Below are positions 56,001 to 64,000 of a stretch of DNA of 64,000 nucleotides, piece after piece. The position numbers were made by a program, and so were the translations under genes. The DNA comes from the human T2T-CHM13v2.0 reference genome, Homo sapiens: NCBI RefSeq assembly GCF_009914755.1, contig NC_060943.1; one strand, written 5' to 3'. Every line of letters starts with the position of its first letter. Position 1 is the first letter of the stretch. A model generated the notes under the pieces. It saw nothing but the letters and a program-made list of their open reading frames with translations. It was not told where the DNA came from and ran no database searches.

Positions 56001-59000
56001 ATTTCAAGCGCTTTAAGGTCAATGGCAGAAAAGGAAATATCTTCGTTTCAAAATTAGACAGAATCATTCCCACAAACTGCGTTGTGATGTGCTCGTTCAA
56101 CTCACAGAGTTTAACCTTTCTGTTCATAGAGCAGTTAGGAAACACTCTGTTTGTAAAGTCTGCAAGTGGATATTCAGACCTCTTTGAGGCCTTCGTTGGA
56201 AACGGGATTTCTTCATATTCTGCTAGACAGAAGAATTCTCAGTAACTTCCTTGTGTTGTGTGTATTCAACTCACAGAGTTGAACGATCCTTTACACAGAG
56301 CAGACTTGAAACACTCTTTTTGTGGAATTTGCAAGTGGAGATTTCTGCCGCTTTGAGGTCAATGGTAGAATAGGAAATATCTTCCTATAGAAACTAGACA
56401 GAATGATTCTCAGAAACTCCTTTGTGATGTGGGCGTTCAACTCACAGAGTTTAACCTTTCTTTTCATAGAGAAGTTAGGAAACACTCTGTGTGTAAAGTC
56501 TGCATGTGGATATTTGGACTTCTTTGAGGCCTTCTTTGGAAACGGGTTTTTTTCATGTAAGGCTAGACAGAAGAATTCTCAGTAACTTCCTTGTGTTGTG
56601 TGTATTCAACTGACAGAGTTGAACTTTCATTTAGAGAGAGCAGATTTGAAACACTGTTTTTGTGGAATTTGCAAGTGGAGATTTCAAGCGCTTTGGGGCC
56701 AAAGGCAGAAAAGGAAATATCTTCGTATAAAAACTAGACAGAATCATTCTCAGAAACTGCTCTGTGATGTGTGCGTTCAACTCTCAGAGTTTAACTTTTC
56801 TTTTCATTCAGCAGTTAGGAAACACTCTGTTTGTAAAGTCTGCACGTGGATATTTTGACCACTTAGAGGCCTTCGTTGGAAACGGGTTGTTTTCATGTAA
56901 GGCTAGACAGAAGAATTCCCAGTAACTTCCTTGTGTTGTGTGCATTCAACTCACAGAGATGAACATTCCCTTAGACAGAGCAGATTTGAAACACACTATT
57001 TGTGTAATTTGCAATTGTAGATTTCAAGCGCTTTAAGGTCAATGGCAGAAAAGGAAATATCTGCGTTTCAAAACTAGACAGAATCATTCCCACAAACTGC
57101 GTTGTGATGTGTTCGTTCAACTCACAGAGTTTAACCTTTCTGTTCATAGAGCAGTTAGGAAACACTCTGTTTATAAAGTCTGCAAGTGGATATTCTGACC
57201 TCTTTGAGGCCTTCGTTGGAAACGGGATTTCTTCATATGATGCTAGACAGAAGAATTCTCAGAAACTTCTTTGTGTTGTGTGTATTCAACTCACAGAGTT
57301 GAACGATCCTTTACACAGAGCAGACTTGAAACACTCTTTTTGTGGAATTTGCAAGTGGAGATGTCAGCCGCTTTGATTTCAATGGTAGAATAGGAAATAT
57401 CTTCCTATAGAAACTAGACAGAATGATTCTCAGAAACTCCTTTGTGATGTATGCGTTCAACTCACAGAGTTTAACCTTTCTTTTCATAGAGCAGTTAGGA
57501 AACACTCTGTTTGTAAAGTCTGCAGGTGGATATTCAGACCTCTATGAGGCCTTCGTTGGAAACGGGATTTCTTCATATTCTGCTAGACAGAAGAATTCTC
57601 AGTAACTTCCTTCTGTTGTGTGTATTCAACTCACAGAGTTGAACGATCCTTTACACAGAGCAGTCTTGAAACACTCTTTTTGTGGAATTTGCAAGTGGAG
57701 ATTTCAGCCGCTTTGTGGTCAATGGTAGAATAGGAAATATCTTCCTATAGAAACTAGACAGAATGATTCTCAGAAACTCCTTTGTGATGTGGGCGTTCAA
57801 CTCACAGAGTTTAACCTTTCTTTTCATAGAGCAGTTAGGAAACACTCTGTTTGTAAAGTCTGCATGTGGATATTTGGACTTCTTTGAGGCCTTCGTTGGA
57901 AACGGGTTTTTTCATGTAAGGCTAGACAGAAGAATTCTCAGTAACTTCCTTGTGTTGTGTGTATTCAACTGACAGAGTTGAACTTTCATTTAGAGACAGC
58001 AGATTTGAAACACCGTTTTTGTGGAATTTGCAAGTGGAGATTTCAAGCGCTTTGGGGCCAAAGGCAGAAAAGGAAATATCTTCGTATAAAAACTAGACAG
58101 AATCATTCTCAGAAACTGCTCTGTGATGTGTGCGTACAACTCTCAGAGTTTAACTTTTCTTTTCATTCAGCAGTTTGGAAACACTCTGTAAAGTCTGCAC
58201 GTAGATATTTTGACCACTTAGAGGCCTTCGTTGGAAACGGGTTTTTTTCATGTATGGCTAGACAGAAGAATTCCCAGTAACTTCCTTGTGTTGTGTGTAT
58301 TCAACTCACAGAGATGAACGTTCTCTAAGACAGAGCAGATTTGAAACACTCTATTTGTGTAATTTGCAAGTGTAGATTTCAAGAGCTTTAAGGTCAATGG
58401 CAGAAAAGGAAATATCTCCGTTTCAAAACTAAACAGAATCATTCCCACAAACTGCGTTGTGATGTGTTCGTTCAACTCACAGAGTTTAACCTTTCTGTTC
58501 ATAGAGCAGTTAGGAAACACTCTGTTTATAAAGTCTGCAAGTGGATATTCAGACCTCTTTGAGGCCTTCGTTGGAAACGGGATTTCTTCATATGATGCTA
58601 GACAGAAGAATTCTCAGTAACTTCCTTGTGTTGTGTGTATTCAACTCACAGAGTTGAACGATCCTTTACACAGAGCAGACTTGAAACACTCTTTTTGTGG
58701 AATTTGCAAGGGGAGATTCAAGCCGCTATGGGGTCAATAGTAGAAAAGGAAATATCTTCATATAGAAACTAGACAGAATGATTCTCAAAAACTCCTTTGT
58801 GATGTGGGCGTTCAACTCACAGAGTTTAACCTTTCTTTTCATAGAGCAGTTAGGAAACACTCTGTTTGTAAAGTCTGCAAGTGGATATTCAGACCTCTTT
58901 GAGGCCTTCGTTGGAAACGGGATTTCTTCATATTCTGCTATACAGAAGAATTCTCAGTAACTTCCTTGTGTTGTGTGTATTCAACTCACAGAGTTGAACG

Positions 59001-61120
59001 ATCCTTTACACAGAGCAGTCTTGAAACAGTCTTTTTGTGGAATTTGCAAGTGGAGATTTCTGCCGCTTTGAGGTCAATGATAGAATAGGAAATATCTTCC
59101 TATAGAAACTAGACAGAATGATTCTCAGAAACTCCTTTGTGATGTGTGCGTTCAACTCACAGAGTTTAACCTTTCTTTTCACAGAGCAGTTAGGAAACAC
59201 TCTGTTTGTAAAGTCTGCAAGTGGATATTCAGACCTCTTTGAGGCCTTCGTTGGAAACGGGATTTCTACATATTATGCTAGACAGAAGAATTCTCAGTAA
59301 CTTCCTTGTGTTGTGTGTATTCAACTCACAGAGTTGAATGATCCTTTACACAGAGCAGACTTGAAACACTGTTTTTGTGGAATTTGCAAGTGGAGATTTC
59401 AGCCGCTTTGAGGTCAATGGTAGAAAAAGAAATATCTTCTTATAGAAACTAGACAGAATCATTCTCAGAAACTCCTTCGTGATGTGTGCGTTCAACTCAC
59501 AGAGTTTAACCTTTCTTTTCATAGAGCAGTTAGGAAACACTCTGTTTATAAAGTCTGCAAGTGGATATTCAGACCTCTTTGAGGCCTTCGTTGGAAACAG
59601 GATTTCTTCATATGATGCTAGACAGAAGAATTCTCAGTGACTTCCTTGTGTTGTGTGTATTCAACTCACAGAGTTGAACGATCCTTTACACAGAGCAGAC
59701 TTGAAACACTCTTTTTGTGGAATTTGCAAGTGGAGATTTCAGCCGCTATATGGTCAATGGTAGAATAGGAAATATCTTCCTATAGAAACTAGACAGAATG
59801 ATTCTCAGAAAATCCTTTGTGATGTGTGCCTTCAACTCACAGAGTTTAACCTTTCTTTTCATAGAGCAGTTAGGAAACACTCTGTAAAGTCTGCAAGTGG
59901 ATATTCAGACCTCTTTGAGGCCTTCGTTGGAAACGGGATTTCTTCATATTCTGCTAGACAGAAGAATTCTCAGTAACTTCCTTGTGTTGTGTGTATTCAA
60001 CTCACAGAGTTGAACGATCCTTTACACAGAGCAGACTTGAAACACTGTTTTTGTGGAATTTGCAAGTGGAGATTTCAGCCGCTTTGAGGTCAATGGTAGA
60101 AAAGGAAATATCTTCCTATAGAAACTAGACAGAATGATTCTCAGAAACTGCTTTGTGATGTGTGCGTTCAACTCACAGAGTTTAACCTTTCTTTTCATAG
60201 AGCAGTTAGGAAACACTCTGTTTGTAAAGTCTGCATGTGGATATTGAGACTTCTTTGAGGCCTTCGTTGGAAACGGGTTTTTTTCATGTAAGGCTAGACA
60301 GAAGAATTCTCAGTAACTTCCTTGTGTTGTGTGTATTCAACTGACAGAGTTGAACTTTCATTTAGAGAGAGGAGATTTGAAACACTGTTTTTGTGGAATT
60401 TGCAAGTGGAGATTTCAAGCGCTTTGGGGCCAAAGGCAGAAAAGGAAATATCTTCGTATAAAAACTAGACAGAATCATTCTCAGTAACTGCTCTGTGATG
60501 TGTGCGTTCAACTCTCAGAGTTTAACTTTTCTTTTCATTCACCAGTTTGGAAACACTCAGTTTGTAAAGTCTGCACGTGGATATTTTGACCACTTAGGGG
60601 TCTTCGTTGGAAACGGGTTTTTTTCATGTAAGGCTAGACAGAAGAATTACCAGTAACTTCCTTGTGTTGTGTGCATTCAACTCACAGAGATGAACGTTCC
60701 CTTAGACAGAGCAGATTTGAAACACTCTATTTGTGCAATTTGCAAGTGTAGATTTCAAGCGCTTAAAGGTCAATGGTAGAAAAGGAAATATCTTCGTTTC
60801 AAAACTAGACAGAATCATTCCCACAAACTGCGTTGTGATGTGCTCGTTCAACTCACAGAGTTTAACCTTTCTGTTCATAGAGCAGTTAGGAAACACTCTG
60901 TTTGTAAAGTCTGCAAGTGGATATTCAGACCTCTTTGAGGCCTTCGTTGGAAAAGGGATTTCTTCATATTCTGCTAGACAGAAGAATTCTCAGTAACTTC
61001 CTAGTGTTGTGTGTATTCAACTCACAGAGTTGAACGATCCTTTACACAGAGCAGTCTTGAAACACTCTTTTTGTGGAATTTGCAAGTGGAGATTTCTGCC
61101 ACTTTGTGGTCAATGGTAGA

Positions 61121-64000
61121 ATAGGAAATATCTTCCTATGGAAACTAGACAGAATGATTCTCAGAAACTCCTTTGTGCTGTGTGCGTTCAGCTCACAGAG
61201 TTTAACCTTTCTTTTCATAGAGCAGTTAGGAAACACTCTGTTTGTAAAGTCTGCAAGTGGATATTCAGACATCTTTGAGGCTTTCGTTGGAAACGGGATT
61301 TCTTCATATTCTGCTAGACAGAAGAATTCTCAGAAACTTCCTTGTGTTGTGTGTCTTCAACTCACAGAGTTCAACGATCCATTACACAGAGTAGACTTGT
61401 AACACTCTTTTTGTGGAATTTGCAAGTGGAGATTTCAGCCGCTTTGAGGTCAATGGTAGAAAAGGAAATATCTTCGTATAAAAACTAGACAGAGTGATTC
61501 TCAGAAACTCCTTTGTGATGTCTGCATTCAACTCACAGAGTTTAACCTTTCTTTTCATAGAGCAGTTAGGAAACACTCTGTTTGTAAAGTCTGCAAGTGG
61601 ATATTCAGACATCTTTGAGGTTTTCGTTGGAAACGGGATTTCTTCATATTCTGCTAGACAGAAGAATTCTCAGAAACTTCCTTGTGTTGTGTTTATTCAA
61701 CTCACAGAGTCGAACGATCCTTTACTCAGAGCAGACTTGAAACACTCCATTTGTGGAATTTGCAAGTGGAGATTTCAGCCGCTTTGAGGTCAATGGTAGA
61801 ATAGGAAATATCTTCCTATGGAAACTAGACAGAATGATTCTCAGAAACTCCTTTGTGCTGTGTGCGTTCAGCTCACAGAGTTTAACCTTTCTTTTCATAG
61901 AGCAGTTAGGAAACACTCTGTTTGTAAAGTCTGCAAGTGGATATTCAGACATCTTTGAGGCTTTCGTTGGAAACGGGATTTCTTCATATTCTGCTAGACA
62001 GAAGAATTCTCAGAAACTTCCTTGTGTTGTGTGTTTTCAACTCACAGAGTTCAACGATCCATTACACAGAGCATACTTGAAACACTCTTCTTGTGGAATT
62101 TGCAAGTGGAGATTTCAGCCGCTTTGAGGTCAATGGTAGAATAGGAAATATCTTCCTATAGAAACTAGACAGAATGATTCTCAGAAACTCCTTTGTGATG
62201 TGTGCGTTCAACTCACAGAGTTTAACCTTTCTTTTCATAGAGCAGTTAGGAAACACTCTGTTTGTGAAGTCTGCAAGTGGATATTCAGACCTCTTTGAGG
62301 CCTTTGTTGGAAACGGGATTTCTTCATATTCTGCTAGACAGAAGAATTCTCAGAAACTTCCTGGTGTTGTGTGTTTTCAACTCACAGAGTTCAACGATCC
62401 TTTACACAGAGTAGACTTGAAACACTCTTTTTGTTGAATTGGCAAGTGGAGATTTCAGCCGCTTTGAGGTCAATGGTAGAAAAGGAAATATCTTCGTATA
62501 AAAACTAGACAGAGTGATTCTCAGAAAGTCCTTTGTGATGTCTGCGTTCAACTCACAGAGTTTAACCTTTCTTTTCATAGAGCAGTTAGGAAACACTCTG
62601 TTTGTAAAGTCTGCAAGTGGATATTCAGACCTCCTTGAGGCCTTCGTTGGAAACCGGATTTCTTCATATTTTGCTATACAGAAGAATTCTCAGAAACTTC
62701 CTTGTGTTGTGTGTATTCAACTCACAGAGTTGAACGATAGTTTACACAGAGCAGACTTGAAACACTCTTTTTGTGGAATTTGCAAGTGGAGATTTCAGCC
62801 GCTTTGAGGTCAATGTTAGAAAAGGAAATATCTCGTATAAAAACTAGACAGAATAATTCTCAGAAACTCCTTTGTGATGTGTGCGTTCAACTCACAGAGT
62901 TTAACCTTTCTTTTCATAGAGTAGTTAGGAAACACTCTGTTTGTAAAGTCTGCAAGTGGATATTCAGACCTCCTTGAGGCCTTCGTTGGAAACGGGATTT
63001 CTTCATATTATGCTAGACAGAAGAATTCTCAGTAACTTCCTTGTGTTGTGTGTATTCAACTCACAGAGTTGAACGATCCTTTACACAGAGCATCCTTGAA
63101 ACACTCTTGTTGTGGAATTTGCAAGTGGAGATTTCAGCCGCTTTGAGGTCAATGGTAGAATAGGAAATATCTTCCTATAGAAACTAGACAGAATGATTCT
63201 CAGAAACTCCTTTGTGATGTGTGCGTTCAACTCACAGAGTTTAACCTTTCTTTTCATAGAGCAGTTAGGAAACACTCTGTAAAGTCTGCAAGTGGATATT
63301 CAGACCTCCTTGAGGCCTTCTTTGGAAACCGGATTTCTTCATATTCTGCTATACAGAAGAATTCTCAGAAACTTCCTTGTGTTGTGTGTTTTCAACTCAC
63401 AGAGTTCAACGATCCTTTACACAGAGCAGACTTGAAACACTCTTTTTGTGGAATTTGCAAGTGGAGAATTCAGCCGCTTTGAGGTCAATGGTAGAATAGG
63501 AAATATCTTCCTATAGAAACTAGACAGAATGATTCTCAGAAACTCCTTTGTGATGTGTGCGTTCAACTCACAGAGTTTAACCTTTCTTTTCATAGAGCAG
63601 TTAGGAAACACTCTGTTTGTAAAGTCTGCAAGTGGATATTCAGACCTCCTTGAGGCCTTCGTTGGAAACGGGATTTCTTCATATTATGCTAGACAGAAGA
63701 ATTCTCAGTAACTTCCTTGTGTTGTGTGTATTCAACTCACAGAGTTGAACGATCCTTTACACAGAGCAGACTTGAAACACTCTTTTTGTGGAATTTGCAA
63801 GTGGAGATTTCAGCCGCTTTGAGGTCAATGGTAGAATAGGAAATATCTTCCTATAGAAACGAGACAGAATGATTCTCAGAAACTCCTTTGTGATGTGTGC
63901 GTTCAACTCACAGAGTTTAACCTTTCTTTTCATAGAGCAGTTAGGAAACACTCTGTTTGTAAAGTCTGCAAGTGGATATTCAGACCTCTTTGAGGCCTTC
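61121..64000 (+). repeat. Pure dimer domain (right flank)
   Basis: No cassette monomers after about 60.9 kb. Dimers carry CAGAAAC, TGTGTTTTCAA, GAGTAGAC and GTGCTGTGTGCGTTCAGCTC variants. Confidence 0.88.

Larger units (their letters stand above)
19321..61120 (+). repeat. Mixed HOR domain: 6-mer-type cassette plus variable numbers of dimers (structural variants)
   Basis: About 25 occurrences of a distinct cassette (GCATGTGGATATTTGGAC..GGGTTTTTTTCATGTAAGG / CTGACAGAGTTGAACTTTCATTTAGAG..GGGGCCAAAGGC / GACCACTTAG / CCCTTAGAC..TTTCAAAAC / ATTCCCACAAACTGCG..GACATCTTGTGGCC) between about 21.2 and 60.9 kb. Spacings are about 1019, 1355-1359, 1693-1695, 2039, 2372 and 3397 bp. Island-type dimer SNVs such as GTTTATAA begin at about 19480. 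Confidence 0.9.
1..64000 (+). repeat. Centromeric alpha satellite array, suprachromosomal family 1 (dimeric J1/J2 type), most likely the S1C1/5/19H1L (D1Z7/D5Z2/D19Z3) higher-order repeat
   Basis: About 170-bp AT-rich monomers in tandem across the whole window with a 340-bp period (repeat ORFs recur at 17+340n). There is a CENP-B box in every second monomer and a GAATTC once per dimer (first at 187-192), the classical 340-bp EcoRI dimer. Alpha satellite identity is certain. The family and array assignment is from recognising the dimer plus 6-mer organisation, not from a database search. Chr1, chr5 and chr19 cannot be distinguished here. Confidence 0.97.

Noticed and set aside
17-63951. Hundreds of 60-124 aa ORFs on both strands (MILRNSFVMCAF..., MFPNCSMKRKVKL...)
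   Set aside because: They are translations of the satellite unit recurring every 340 bp. Stops and frameshifts occur freely and many start at non-ATG codons. There is no gene structure or recognisable domain.
1-64000. CRISPR-like or other repeat-spacer array
   Set aside because: There are no unique spacers. The entire unit is repeated and no cas genes are present.
1-64000. Transposon insertion (L1/Alu), inversion or non-satellite island
   Set aside because: I saw no poly-A tail, target-site duplication or non-alphoid sequence. CENP-B boxes stay on the + strand at about 340-bp spacing throughout.
1-64000. Assignment to a specific chromosome or to the active kinetochore site
   Set aside because: This HOR is shared by chr1, chr5 and chr19, and kinetochore position is epigenetic. 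Neither can be determined without mapping and chromatin data.

Overview
The whole 64 kb window is one uninterrupted head-to-tail alpha-satellite array (human or great-ape centromeric DNA) in a single orientation. I see no genes, transposon insertions or inversions. The basic unit is a 340-bp dimer (169+171 bp) with a CENP-B box (CTTCGTTGGAAACGGGA) and an EcoRI site in every second monomer, which is suprachromosomal family 1. By recognition it is most consistent with the human D1Z7/D5Z2/D19Z3 (S1C1/5/19H1L) array. It has three layers. (i) 1-19.3 kb is a pure, indel-free dimer array hiding nested 4/5-, 9- and 21-dimer super-periods. (ii) About 19.4-61.1 kb is a more diverged island where a 4-monomer cassette (6-mer HOR type) alternates with variable numbers of dimers, with several multi-kb duplications. 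(iii) About 61.1-64 kb returns to pure dimers whose diagnostic SNVs match the left flank. All listed ORFs are artefacts of the repeat. I find no evidence of a new gene-encoded system. What is of interest is the readable record of satellite evolution: nested super-HORs, a layered island, hybrid monomers, and recurrent or converted variants. All comparisons were made by eye, so breakpoints and counts are approximate.
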